64,000 nt of DNA from Limnochordia bacterium (GTDB lineage: Bacteria > Bacillota > Limnochordia > DTU080). Both the position numbers and the translations under genes were made by a program. The stretch is taken from the NCBI GenBank assembly GCA_050951545.1, contig JBMNJG010000010.1:19696-83695 (forward strand), written 5' to 3'. Shown piece after piece: positions 41,821-52,500 of the stretch. Each line of letters begins with the position of its first letter. Position 1 is the stretch's first letter. The notes under the pieces are model-generated. The model was not told the DNA's origin and made no database searches. It saw nothing but the letters and a program-made list of their open reading frames with translations.

Positions 41821-43338
41821 GTGGTTAAGGTGGCCAAGGTTAAGGATATCATTCATCTCTACGAACGGGAAGACTGGTCCAAGCGAAAGATTGCGAAGCA
41901 TTTCGGGATTTCGAGGGGGACAGTGGATCGCGTGGTGGCCAACCCCGACAGATATCTGCCAAAGTCGGAGCCTGTCGATCGCACGTCGTCAAAGATGACC
42001 ACCCAGATCATGGCCTTCATCGATGGCATCATCGAGAGCGACAAGAAGATCAACCGCAAGCAGCGCCATACGAGCAGGCGGATATGGGAAAGGGTCATTG
42101 AGGAGTTTGGCGAGGACAGCTCGCCGGCAGAGTCGACGGTACGGCGGTATGTGGGTAAGGTTAAGAAGCGCAATCCCGAGCCGTTCATCCCCCTGGGCTT
42201 CGTTGCGGGGCAGAGCATGCAAGGGGATTTTGGAGAGGTCACGGTAAAGATCGACGGTGAGAAGTGCAGAGTCTATTTCTGGGCACAACGCTTGAGTTAC
42301 AGCAGAGCCACATGCGTCGGCGTATACCCCCGAGCGACTCAGGAGTGCTTTCTGGACGGCCAGCAACGGGCGCTGCAGTTCTTCGATGGCGTCCCGGTGA
42401 TGCATATCATCGACAATCTGAAGGCCGCTATCAAGAGTGGCTTAGGCAGAAACGCCGTTGAGACCGAGCGCTACGATGCCTTTCAGACTCACTACGGCTT
42501 TCGTACGGAGGCCTGCAACGGAGCTTCAGGCAACGAAAAAGGCCAGGTAGAAAGCCTTGTGGGGTTCGTCCAGAGAAACTGGTTCTCCGGATTGCCTGAG
42601 TTCAATGCCTGGGAAGAGCTGATCGCGTATGTGGACACGCAAAACGTGCGTTACCTAAAGCGTCACCACCCGGAGGAGCCAGGGCGTACGGTGGGCGAGC
42701 TCCTCGAAGAGGAACGCCGCGTCTTACGAGCGCTTCCACCACCTTTCCGGTGCTGCAAAGAGGGCCCGGTAACGGCTTCGAAGACCAGCCTCGTGACATA
42801 TGACACAAACCAGTATTCTGTTCCGACGGAGAAACGACTGGAAGCGCTGACTCTTAGGGCCTATCCTTGGCATGTTGAAGTCCTCTGTGACCACCAGGTG
42901 ATCGCGACGCACGTCAGGTCATACGTAAAGCGGACCGTCTCCTTTGAACTATCGCATTACCTGACGGCATTACTGCGCAAACCCCGTGCTCTGCCGTTTG
43001 CGAAGCCATTCCAGCGGGCTCGCCTCGAGCCCATCATGCGGCAGCTCTATGATCGTCTGCTTGAGGTGGACCCCGATCGCGCTAATCGTCGCTGGATAGA
43101 GATTGCCATCTGGGGTCTGGAGTTGGACCCAGCCAGGTTCTACAGAACTATTGAGCAGGCACTTAAGCTGGACCGATTTGATATGGAAAGCCTTCGTTAC
43201 CTCCACACCCAGTTGGATTTGGAGCCGGGTCAGCCCAAGTCAAAACCGGCGAAGGTTGAGGATCGCCTGAGCTTCTCAATCGTACACGAATCGATCAATC
43301 GCTTCTCAGAGCTTCTTTCGGGGGGCATGGGCCTGTGA
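41821..43338 (+). CDS. istA: IS21 transposase
   Basis: N-terminal HTH, RKQRHT..RIW, QGDFGE, RLSYSR, FFDGVP...IDNLKAA, GNEKGQVE (DDE). Confidence 0.92.
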   Translation: MVKVAKVKDIIHLYEREDWSKRKIAKHFGISRGTVDRVVANPDRYLPKSEPVDRTSSKMTTQIMAFIDGIIESDKKINRKQRHTSRRIWERVIEEFGEDSSPAESTVRRYVGKVKKRNPEPFIPLGFVAGQSMQGDFGEVTVKIDGEKCRVYFWAQRLSYSRATCVGVYPRATQECFLDGQQRALQFFDGVPVMHIIDNLKAAIKSGLGRNAVETERYDAFQTHYGFRTEACNGASGNEKGQVESLVGFVQRNWFSGLPEFNAWEELIAYVDTQNVRYLKRHHPEEPGRTVGELLEEERRVLRALPPPFRCCKEGPVTASKTSLVTYDTNQYSVPTEKRLEALTLRAYPWHVEVLCDHQVIATHVRSYVKRTVSFELSHYLTALLRKPRALPFAKPFQRARLEPIMRQLYDRLLEVDPDRANRRWIEIAIWGLELDPARFYRTIEQALKLDRFDMESLRYLHTQLDLEPGQPKSKPAKVEDRLSFSIVHESINRFSELLSGGMGL

Positions 43339-44100
43339 GTACAGAGGTGATACCTTCTTTACCTCAAGACGCTTGGACTACCCGGTATTGCCCGTTCCTA
43401 TGAGAAACTAGCCGCTCAGGCCCGGCGCGACCGTTGTGGATACGAGGAGTTCCTGCAGAGCCTTTTGCAGGAGGAGTTGCAGAATCGCAAAGTGTGCCGT
43501 GTTCGGACGCTCCTCAAATCGGCACGATTCCCTCTGCTGAAGCAGCTAGACACGTTTGAGTTCGACGAAATCCCTTCTCTCAACCGACAAGTGGTGAAGG
43601 AGCTCGCCAGAAATCACTACATCCCCGCTAAGGAAAACGTCCTGATCTGTGGCAACAGCGGCACGGGAAAGACACATGTCGCCACCGCGTTAGGCATATC
43701 AGCCTGCGAAGCTGGGTACCGGGTCCGTTTCACCACAACGCAAGCGCTGGCAAACGACCTGCTTGCAGCCAGGGAGGAGCATTCACTCAACCGGTACGAA
43801 AAGCAGTGGTCGAGGATCGATTTGGCGATCATCGACGAGCTGGGGTACTTGCCATTCGATGCGACTACGGCTCAACTCCTATTCCAGTTCATCTCCGCCC
43901 GCTACGAACTCGGGAGCATCATGATCACTACCAATCTCGAGTTTGCTCAGTGGACGGAAGTCTTCGGTGATGAGCGCATGACGATTGCCCTGCTCGACAG
44001 GCTGACCCATCGTGCACACATCCTACTCATGAACGGAGAAAGCTATCGGTTCAAGAACAACCGGCGCGCCGGCCAAGGAGGTGATGCGCCGAGCGCGTAA
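43335..44100 (+). CDS. istB: IS21 helper ATPase with an extra base at about 43353
   Basis: GNSGTGKTH, IIDELGY, ITTNL.F..W, LLDRLTH, GESYR. GTG 43335 gives MSTEVI, and the IstB N-terminus LLYLKTLGLPGI continues one base out of frame. Confidence 0.85.
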
Positions 44101-44160
44101 CCCCGACAGGGTGGCTCTATTCTGGTGATCAAATGGCCTCATTCTCGATTGACAAACACA

Positions 44161-44352
44161 CCCCGGTCGGTGCATTTCGAAAAAGGTGGGCAGACACCAT
44201 GGACACGCTCGCGAAACAGGCCCTGCAGTCAGGCACCAGCCGGATTGGTACGTGAGTCGGGGCCAAGAATCCGACCGCCATGGCAAAAGAGCCGCCTCAT
44301 TAGCCCCCGGGGCCAGTGTACGTGGTAAAAGTGCAGCGATGCGGTCTTCGCG
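44161..44352. repeat. Tandem array 2, right part (rest of unit 3 and terminal GCGATGCGGTCTTCGCG)
   Basis: The unit resumes exactly after the IS and ends 17 bp into a fourth unit (44336-44352). Confidence 0.93.
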
Positions 44353-44377
44353 GCAGACATGCCGGGCGTACGCAAGA

Positions 44378-44419
44378 AGACCCTCGCCCGAGTGCTTTTC
44401 GAAAGCGAGGCGAGGGTCT
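44378..44419 (-). terminator. Hairpin downstream of the SBP gene
   Basis: AGACCCTCGCC...GGCGAGGGTCT 11-bp stem. Confidence 0.6.
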
Positions 44420-44456
44420 CAGATCGCTTACATCCTATAGATTGCGCCCACTGTTT

Positions 44457-45737
44457 CTACTGCTTCTTGAGGGTATCATGCCACGCTTCTATAGCGCGGG
44501 TGGCATTCTGATGCACTTTTTCAAGGTGATCTTCAGGCGCTATGGTACCTCGCCAGACGGCATCGAAAGAGATCTTACGCGGGTCAAGTGTGTCTGGTAG
44601 GAACACATAATAGTACGGATTGGGATCAAGGGATTGTTCAAAAATAGACATCCAGTTCTTGTTTGCAAAACCAGAGGCCTCGGCATAAGAACGCTGTAAT
44701 TCCCGCAAAAGAGGTACGCGCAGTGTCATTCGCATCCAGTCTTTTACGTTTTCTTTGTCGGCGGCCCAGAATTTCACCCACTGCCAACTCAACGCCGGGT
44801 CAGTAGTGGTGGCGATGATATGGGGCCCTTGAGGCTGAGATACGGCACCGCGGCACACGGGACCCTTCGGCTGCAGATAGAAGTCGAAGTCATAATCCCG
44901 GAACCCAGGGTAGGCACCGATAGTACCGCTCGAGTCGACGAAACTCATCGCCGAGCCCCCCACATATATCATGTACAGTCTGTAATTCCCCACCCGGAAA
45001 TGTGGGCAAAGGCCATCTCGAAAGATTGTGCCCACAAAATCCACGGCTTTGCGCACTGGCTCGGAGGTCCACAGACTCTTGGTAGGCAGGTAAGCGCTGT
45101 CGTAAAACTTGCCGCCAGCCTGGTGAGTTGCACTCTGCCACATGCTCATGGCCCGGTCGATGCCGTACACGTCAATAACACCATCGCCGTCTTTATCATA
45201 GGTGAGCTTGCGGCCAGCAGCCAACGCAGCATCCCAGGTCCAGTTTTCGCGAAGCTCATCAGGAGCGGTTACGCCCCTTGCTCGGAAGAGATCCCTATTG
45301 AAAATCATGTGTCGAGGCGCGATTGAAAATGGCAGGGTATACAATCCACCGTTAGGCGCCTTCGTCTGGTTGAGGATCTCCACATTGTAGTTCCTTTCGA
45401 GATTGTCTCGCTTCAAAAACGGCATCATATCAAGCAACGTGCCTGTCAGCGACAAATAGCCGAAATCCGGAAGGTCTACAACATCCAACGGTACCCCGGC
45501 GCCAAGCATAGTGTAGACTTTGTCGTGTGCACAGATAATGATGTCAACGTTGACATCAGGGTTCTGCCTGTGAAACTTCTCCGCCACATCATGCATGTAA
45601 TCCCAATAGGCCTGCCCATGACCGTTATACATGAGATGCACAATATCCGCCCCAAGTGAATTCAAGCAGCCGCCTCCGAAAAGCATGAGCACAACGACAA
45701 GGCAAATCATCGACAGATAGCCATATGTCCTTTTCAC
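44457..45737 (-). CDS. Sugar ABC transporter substrate-binding protein
   Basis: Signal peptide, KFHRQNPDVNV, LYTLP, FNRDLF..GV..P, WTWD, LTYDKDGDG..DVYG. Confidence 0.85.
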   Translation of the reverse strand: MKRTYGYLSMICLVVVLMLFGGGCLNSLGADIVHLMYNGHGQAYWDYMHDVAEKFHRQNPDVNVDIIICAHDKVYTMLGAGVPLDVVDLPDFGYLSLTGTLLDMMPFLKRDNLERNYNVEILNQTKAPNGGLYTLPFSIAPRHMIFNRDLFRARGVTAPDELRENWTWDAALAAGRKLTYDKDGDGVIDVYGIDRAMSMWQSATHQAGGKFYDSAYLPTKSLWTSEPVRKAVDFVGTIFRDGLCPHFRVGNYRLYMIYVGGSAMSFVDSSGTIGAYPGFRDYDFDFYLQPKGPVCRGAVSQPQGPHIIATTTDPALSWQWVKFWAADKENVKDWMRMTLRVPLLRELQRSYAEASGFANKNWMSIFEQSLDPNPYYYVFLPDTLDPRKISFDAVWRGTIAPEDHLEKVHQNATRAIEAWHDTLKKQ

Positions 45738-45873
45738 TGTGTTACAACCCCTTCATCCGATTATTCACTCTACCACTTTGGGCAATGCGTTACCGGCGAC
45801 CGACCAGATTGTCCCCCTTTTATCGACCAATGCTATAGTGAGCGACGGCTTGCCCCAATACTGATAAGTCCAC

Positions 45874-45900
45874 ATTCGCCGCCCGCGGTTAAGTTCCTTC
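45874..45900 (-). promoter_or_regulatory. sigmaH-like promoter
   Basis: Minus strand GAAGGAACT-N11-GGCGAAT. Confidence 0.5.
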
Positions 45901-45987
45901 CCGGTCTCGTTGGATTGGTCGACAAATCTTTTCGCAGGGTAGGGGTGACAGAGAAGCACCACGCGTCATTTTGCCGCCGCTCTTGGG

Positions 45988-46622
45988 GTGTCACCAAAGG
46001 AGTCTCGTTTGCTATGCACTTTGGCTCAGCGACCGGGGCAGATTGTCAATCATGAGGAGCTCCTGGAGGCCCTCTGGGCTGAGGTGGATTTTGTCGATGA
46101 CAACACGCTGACCGTCAGTGTCAGTCGGGTCCGTCGCCAGCTTGAGGAAGTGGGCCTTGCAGGGGTGATAGAAACCAAACGGGGACAGGGGTACATGCTC
46201 CGCCTGAAAGGAAGCTGATGCTACCGTGTCTTGGCGCACCTATCCTCGCGATCATCTGCCCTTTATCGCTTTGTTCATTGGCTTTGCCCTCGCGACGGTA
46301 GCCGTGGTGGAATTGGACTTGCGCCCATCGCAGAGTACACTGCAGTGGGTTAACGCCTTATACATCCTGCTCCTCGCCCCTGAGTCTGCTGCCACCGGCC
46401 CGAGCTTCCGAACAAGCCCTTGTGAACTCGGCCTGGGAGCGGTTCTACGCCCGTCTGCGGGCGGAATTACTGCGGGAGAAAGCCCAAGCCCGTGGCCAGA
46501 TGGACCTTCCAAGCCAGTGGGCACATCACATGAAAACGCCAGTTTCCGTGATCGATCTGGAGCTACAGAAAGCCCATCAGGAGAGCTGTCCACCTGAGGC
46601 GCAGGTGCTACCTCCAACATGA
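45988..46622 (+). pseudogene. Degenerate second copy of the response regulator 3' end and an internally deleted histidine kinase
   Basis: 45988 aligns with 39213. Kinase segments MSWRTY..., WERFYARLRAEL...QWAHHMKTPVS and LPPT* are joined by deletions and a frameshift. Confidence 0.85.
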
Positions 46623-46633
46623 CAGAAATGAAA
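46620..46633 (+). promoter_or_regulatory. BceR-type binding site upstream of the ABC transporter
   Basis: TGACAGAAATGAAA within the 52-bp block identical to 40539-40590. Confidence 0.5.
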
Positions 46634-46726
46634 GGTTGCTGCAAGTCAGATCGATGGGCGGCTTGACGTCTTTCGGATACACTCTTATCTGAAGAGACGG
46701 TCTCCAATCCCACACAGACAGGGAGT

Positions 46727-47488
46727 ATGCGAATGTATGTCCTAAAGGCCGAGGGGCTAACCAAGGTCTACGGCAGCCAGTCCCGGGTGGTTACCCGGGC
46801 GCTAGATAACTTTTCAGTGGAAGTGGCTCAGGGGGAGTTTTTAGGTATCATGGGTCCGTCAGGGAGTGGCAAGACTACCTTGCTGAACTTACTGGCTACG
46901 ATTGACACTCCTACCGCAGGCCGGATCTTTCTAGATGGTGTGGAGACTACCCAGCTCAAAGGAGCAAAGTTGGCTCTCTTTCGCCGCCGACGGCTCGGCT
47001 TTATCTTTCAAGATTTCAACCTCCTAGACAGCCTGACCATCGCCGAAAACATGGCCTTGCCGTTGGTATTGGACCAAAAACCCTATACCACCATCGCCCA
47101 GAAGGTACAGGAGACGGCAGCTCAGCTGGGTATCACTGGTATTCTGGAAAAATACCCGTATGAAGTATCTGGGGGACAGCAGCAGAGAGCGACGGCTGGC
47201 CGGGCCATCATCCACGAACCAGCCGTCGTTCTTGCTGATGAACCGACTGGAAATCTGGACTCCAAGGCGGCCAAAGACCTGATGGCGGCCCTGCAGCGTC
47301 TCAACAAGGAAGCTGAGGCCTCTATTCTCATGGTGACGCATGATCCCTTCGCGGCTAGCTACTGCCAGCGCGTGCTGTTTATCCGGGACGGCCAGCTCTA
47401 TACAGAGATCCATCGTGGCACCAGTCGCGAACTTTTCTTTCAGGAAATTCTAGATGCTCTATCCCATCTGGGGGGTGGCCAGCTGTGA
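46727..47488 (+). CDS. ABC transporter ATPase, BceA-like
   Basis: GIMGPSGSGKTT, GFIFQDFNLLD, KYPYEVSGGQQQR, LADEPTGNLDS, MVTHDPFAASYC. Confidence 0.92.
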   Translation: MRMYVLKAEGLTKVYGSQSRVVTRALDNFSVEVAQGEFLGIMGPSGSGKTTLLNLLATIDTPTAGRIFLDGVETTQLKGAKLALFRRRRLGFIFQDFNLLDSLTIAENMALPLVLDQKPYTTIAQKVQETAAQLGITGILEKYPYEVSGGQQQRATAGRAIIHEPAVVLADEPTGNLDSKAAKDLMAALQRLNKEAEASILMVTHDPFAASYCQRVLFIRDGQLYTEIHRGTSRELFFQEILDALSHLGGGQL

Positions 47489-49443
47489 ACTTGCGGCAGT
47501 TAGCCATCAGGAATTTCTGGCGCAACCGGGACCGTTACCTAGCCTATCTGGCCAGCGCCTCCTTGTCGGTGATGATCTTTTTCCTCTATATGTCGCTAGC
47601 CAAGCACCCCCAGTTTCAGAAAGGTTACTTTGGTGCCCATTACGCAATGCAAGGCATGAAGGCCGCCGCGGCCGTAGTGGCCATCTTCACTTTCCTATTC
47701 CTGCTCTACTCCAATTCGGCTTTCATCCGCTCACGCAAGAAGGAATTCGGGTTGCTCTCCCTTCTGGGGTTTGCCCGGGCACAGCTGGTACGACTAGTCA
47801 TCTGGGAAAGCCTGACCGTCTGCGCCCTAGCCCTGGCTATCGGTATAGCTGGCGGGCTGCTTTTCCAGAGGTTGTTCTTCATGGCCATTAGTGCTCTGCT
47901 GCAGATGCCGGAATCTATCCCTTTTTATGCAGGCCCCGATGTGTTGCTGATCACGACCACTGTCTTCGGCTCGTTTTTTCTGCTGGTTTCGTTGGCCTCT
48001 TTGCGGCATGTCATCCGAAGCGATGTCGTGAGCTTACTGCGGGCGGGTCGCCAACCCAAAGCAGCCCCAACATTCTCTCGCTTGCGGGCCTTGCTTGGTT
48101 CGCTTCTTGTCGGGGGTGGCTACTGGTGGGCTTCCTCGCCTGAACCCAACCTGGTAGTCCTAGGTGTGATACCGGTCACCATCATGGTCTCCATCGGCAC
48201 GGGCTTGCTCATACGCGAAGGGAGCGTTGCCCTTTTGCACTGGTTGCGGGCACGCAAAGGGTTCTTTTACCGACGCGGCCCTTTCCTAGGCGTGAGCCAA
48301 CTGATCTTCAAGATCCAAGACAACAGCCGGGTGCTGACGGCCGTGGCCCTGCTCATCGCCGTCATCGTCACCGCGGTGGGAACGGCCCTTGCCTTCTATG
48401 TGGTGATGGCCGAGCACGTGCAGGGAACGGTGCCGTGGTCATTTCAGCTGATGGCCAAACCGGCGACGGAGTTGAGTAGCGAACTGGTGCGAGTGGCCCC
48501 GGTACTAGAGCGACATGGGTTCTCGGGATCGGAGGAGATGCGGCTCATCACGAGACAGGCCTTTCTCGGTGGGCCAACTGGCGGTAGGCAACAGGGCCTG
48601 TTAGTAGCACCCTACTCCTTTTACCTAAGAGCGCGCGAGTTGGGCGGCACTCTACGGCCCCTACCGAGCGAGAATGGCGCCTTGATAGTTCCTGGCCATC
48701 TCGCCATGTACAGCCACGACTATCCGGTGCAACCGCAGCTGCTACAGGTCGACACGCGACAGTATCACCTGGAAGTGCAAGAGGACCCATCTGGGGCGCT
48801 ACTAGACCCTTTTGGGAGTCACTTTGCGGAAGTCGGCAACAGGGTTTTGATCGTGTCTGACGACCTGTTTGCGACCATCATGAGTGACACCGCGGCTGCT
48901 GATCTGGTGGCCATCGCCCTCTGGGACGAGGATCATGATCGCACCCGCGCGGCAGCAGCGGTTGCTCAAGAGCTCACTGCATCCGTAGCCGAAAGGCAGG
49001 GGGAAGGAGCGTTGGGGGTCAAAGCCGAGGCATATAACGGAATGGTTTCTAGCCTGGGCTTAGTCCTTTTCGTGGGGGTCTTCGTTTCCCTGGTCTTCTT
49101 TGCAGCCTGTTGCAGCCTGCTCTATTTCCGCTTGTTTACGGAGATTGAAGACGATCGGCGCTACTACCGCCGGCTACGGGATCAGGGGTTGGGCGCGATA
49201 GAGCTTTCACGGGTCGCCTTAGAGCAGTCGGCGGCAGTCTTCTTTGTGCCCTTTCTAGTCGGGCTGGTGCATGCCACCTTCGCCATGCGAGCCTTAGGGA
49301 CGCTGCTAGGGCGTCCAGTGCTCGTCTGTGGCTGGGTAGTGGGCCTGTGCTACCTCGTGCTCTACGCCCTGTTCTTTGTTATCATGCAGAGCTTCTACTG
49401 GCAAAATTTGCATCTAAGTGGCACTGGCACCAATGCGGGCTAG
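47485..49443 (+). CDS. FtsX-like ABC permease, BceB-like
   Basis: FLLYSNSAFIRSRKKEFGL, about 10 TM helices, large extracellular loop, LLYFRL. Confidence 0.88.
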   Translation: MNLRQLAIRNFWRNRDRYLAYLASASLSVMIFFLYMSLAKHPQFQKGYFGAHYAMQGMKAAAAVVAIFTFLFLLYSNSAFIRSRKKEFGLLSLLGFARAQLVRLVIWESLTVCALALAIGIAGGLLFQRLFFMAISALLQMPESIPFYAGPDVLLITTTVFGSFFLLVSLASLRHVIRSDVVSLLRAGRQPKAAPTFSRLRALLGSLLVGGGYWWASSPEPNLVVLGVIPVTIMVSIGTGLLIREGSVALLHWLRARKGFFYRRGPFLGVSQLIFKIQDNSRVLTAVALLIAVIVTAVGTALAFYVVMAEHVQGTVPWSFQLMAKPATELSSELVRVAPVLERHGFSGSEEMRLITRQAFLGGPTGGRQQGLLVAPYSFYLRARELGGTLRPLPSENGALIVPGHLAMYSHDYPVQPQLLQVDTRQYHLEVQEDPSGALLDPFGSHFAEVGNRVLIVSDDLFATIMSDTAAADLVAIALWDEDHDRTRAAAAVAQELTASVAERQGEGALGVKAEAYNGMVSSLGLVLFVGVFVSLVFFAACCSLLYFRLFTEIEDDRRYYRRLRDQGLGAIELSRVALEQSAAVFFVPFLVGLVHATFAMRALGTLLGRPVLVCGWVVGLCYLVLYALFFVIMQSFYWQNLHLSGTGTNAG

Positions 49444-49528
49444 GGTGATGTAAGAGGGATGACGCCCACTTGACTAGCGAGCGTCACCCCTCTCCACTCC
49501 CCTTCGCCGATGCCTTCACACCGACCAA

Positions 49529-52500
49529 CTACTGCGCTACAAACGCGTACTCGCCTGAACCCACCTCCAAGACAGCTGTCTCGTCGACCACCCGCAGGCT
49601 CCGCACACCGTCATGGGTGTCGGTTGCCTCGACTCCACCGAGCACCAACGTAGAGGCACTCTCGGTGAGAGCCCCCTGCTCCCCGAGCGGCACGTATATG
49701 GTCGCCTGTGTGTTAGCGGGAACACTCACATCTAAGACGAAAGCGCCGTCCTTCAGCTGCCAGTGCACAGCAATCGGGCCGCGGATGGAATGGTAGTCTG
49801 CACGGGCCCAGCGCAGCTTGCCCCCTGGCCTCGGACGGACGATGAAGCGCTCATAGGCCGGGTAGCGGGGATCGATCTCAATGCCAGCCACATAGCGGTA
49901 AAACCACTCGCCTACTGAGCCTAACGAGTAGTGATTGAACGAGTTCATACCCGCATCGCCAAAGCCATGTTCCTTGGTGTAGGAATTCCAGCGCTCCCAG
50001 ATCGTGGTCGCACCCTGACGAATCGAATAACCCCACGAGGGGTAGGTCTCGTTGTGGAGCAAGCGGTAGGCGATGTCCGTACGACCGATGTCACTAAGTA
50101 TGGGCAGCAAGAGGCCCACCCCTAGGAAGCCCGTGGAAAGATGCCAGTCTTTCTCTTCAACCGCTCGTACAAGATGCTGGGCAGCTGCCTCCCGCAGCTC
50201 TTCCGGAAGCAAATCCATATGCAGCGCCAACAGGTAGCAGGTCTGCGTATCGCCCTTGATGCGAGCATCAGGCCCAACAAAGGCCTCGTTGAACGCCGCC
50301 TTGATCTTCTGGAAGAGCGCCTCGTACTGGCGAGCCTCATCATCCTTGCCTAACACCTGAGCAATCTTGCTCACCAGTCTGGTGCTGTAGGCAAAGTAGG
50401 CGGTGGATATAACTTCCTTGGGGGTGTTGGCCGCAATAGACAGCCAGTCACCGTAGCCTTCGGCGGGACGCACCAGCGCCTTGCTATTCTCTTGCAGGTA
50501 GGCGACCCACCGCTTCATGGCCGGATAGTGCTTCGCTAAGATAGCCGTGTCGCCATAGCACAGATAGATAGTCCAGGGCACAATCACCCCGGCATCGCCC
50601 CACGCGGGGGAGCCAAAGCCGTAGCCCGAGACAACCGGAGCCACATGAGGAAAAGAGCCCGTATCAGCCTGGCCGTCTTCCACAGCATGCATGTACTTGG
50701 CAAAAAAACTGGCCACATCCATGTTGGCGCAAGCGGTGCGCACAAAGACTTGAGCATCGCCAGTCCACCCACATCGCTCATCACGTTGCGGACAGTCGGT
50801 GGGAGTGCTCAGGAAGTTGCCCCGGGCACCCCACGTAATGTTGCTCTGGAGTTGATTCACCATGGCGTCAGAGCAAGTGAAGGTACCCACTGGCTCCAAC
50901 GCATTGTGCATCACCAAACCCACTAAGCTGTCAAGTGTTGGTCGCCCCGGAAACCCCGTGATCTCAACGTAACGGAAACCGTGGAAGGTGAAGAAGGGTT
51001 CGTACTCCTCCACGCCGTCGCCCGTGAGGATATAGACATCCGTTTGGCGGGCCGCCCGCAAGTTCTCGGTGTACAAGGTTCCATCGTCGTTGAGCATCTC
51101 GGCAAAGCGCAAGAAGACCCGACTGCCCCGAGGCCCTGTGACGCGCAATCGATATTTGCCGACCATGTTTTGTCCCATGTCGAACACGAAGATGCCAGGC
51201 AACGGCTCACTTAGCGCTACTGGCTCGACCTCCTGAGTGATCTGTACGGCGGGAGCCTGTTGAGCGACCAGTTTCGGTACCTCTTTTTCCACCACAGCCA
51301 CTGCTTGCCACCCGTCATCCGCAAAGCCAGCCTTATCCCACCCAGGCATCTCCAACCGGCTGTCATAGATCTCGCCCATAAGTAAATCGGAAGTGATGAT
51401 GGGCCCTGCCGCGGCCCGCCACTGTGGGTCTGTCGCAATGACCTGCGAGGTCCTGTCTTCGTACTCCACATGCAACTGGGCCCGGAAAGCAAGAGGATAG
51501 TCTCCGTACTGCCCTCGCCCGAAACCGCCTACATAACCCGTATACCAACCATCTCCGAGCATGACACCCCACGCATTTGCCCCCGGAGCCACAAGATCAG
51601 TAACATCATACGCCTGCACCTGCAGACGCCGACGATAGTCGGTCCAGCCCGGCCGCAGCTGATCTGCGCCAACCCCCTGACCATTCAGACGCATCCCATA
51701 GACACCCAGCGCCGTACTATACAGGCGCGCTCGACGAATCCCTGTTGCCAGTACGAACTCCCGCCGCAAAAGGGGAGCTGGCGCAGGGCGCTGCTTCATG
51801 GGGACATTGCCCTCATAGGGAGCTCGGGCCACGGCTGCTGGCCAAGTGCTATCATCAAAGGCCGGCTGGTGCCAATCAGCAATATCCTCAGAGAGAGCAC
51901 GCCAGGAGGCATCGATGGCTAGCATCTCTACCTGGCCATTGCCGTACGCCACACATAATCGTCCGATTAACCCAGCGGAATCTGCCCTGCGACGCACTGC
52001 CTTGATGGCCAAGACATTGGTACCCTCCTGCAGATAGGGTGCCAGATTCATGTACTGCACAGCTCGCCAAGCGCCACTGCCGCGGCCTACGAAACGTCCG
52101 TTCACATAGAGCTGCAAGGCGCTATCCGCGGTGAGCGCGAACCAAGCGCTCTCGATCTCTACGCCAGACGTCACAGTAAGTTGGCGACGGAAGAAACTCC
52201 ACTCCGATAGGCTGTCGTCTTTGCCTGTGGACCACATCCAGCTGCAACCATCTAACGTGAGCTCCGGTTGACCCTGCAGAGTATCTAGGCCGATCCACTG
52301 CCCCTGATAGTCCTGCGGGTGCAAGAGCCCCGTCTCCCAGTACGCTTGCTCGCTGTAGGCGCCCACCCCTCCCGTCGCGTCCCAGACCCGCACCTTCCAG
52401 TAGCAGCGCATGCGTGACTCCAAAGGCTTTCCTGAATAAACGATCTGCGCTGTTTGCGTCGAGAAAACCTTCTCTGAATTCCAGAGGTCACCAACTCCCG

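Larger units (their letters stand above)
41708..44160 (+). mobile_element. IS21-family insertion sequence, 2453 bp
   Basis: TG...CA ends; imperfect ~50-bp IRs with internal repeats (TGTTTTTGATAG..ATCGAGAATGAGGCCACC and its counterpart); CCCCG duplicated at 41703-41707 and 44161-44165; istA-istB. Confidence 0.95.
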
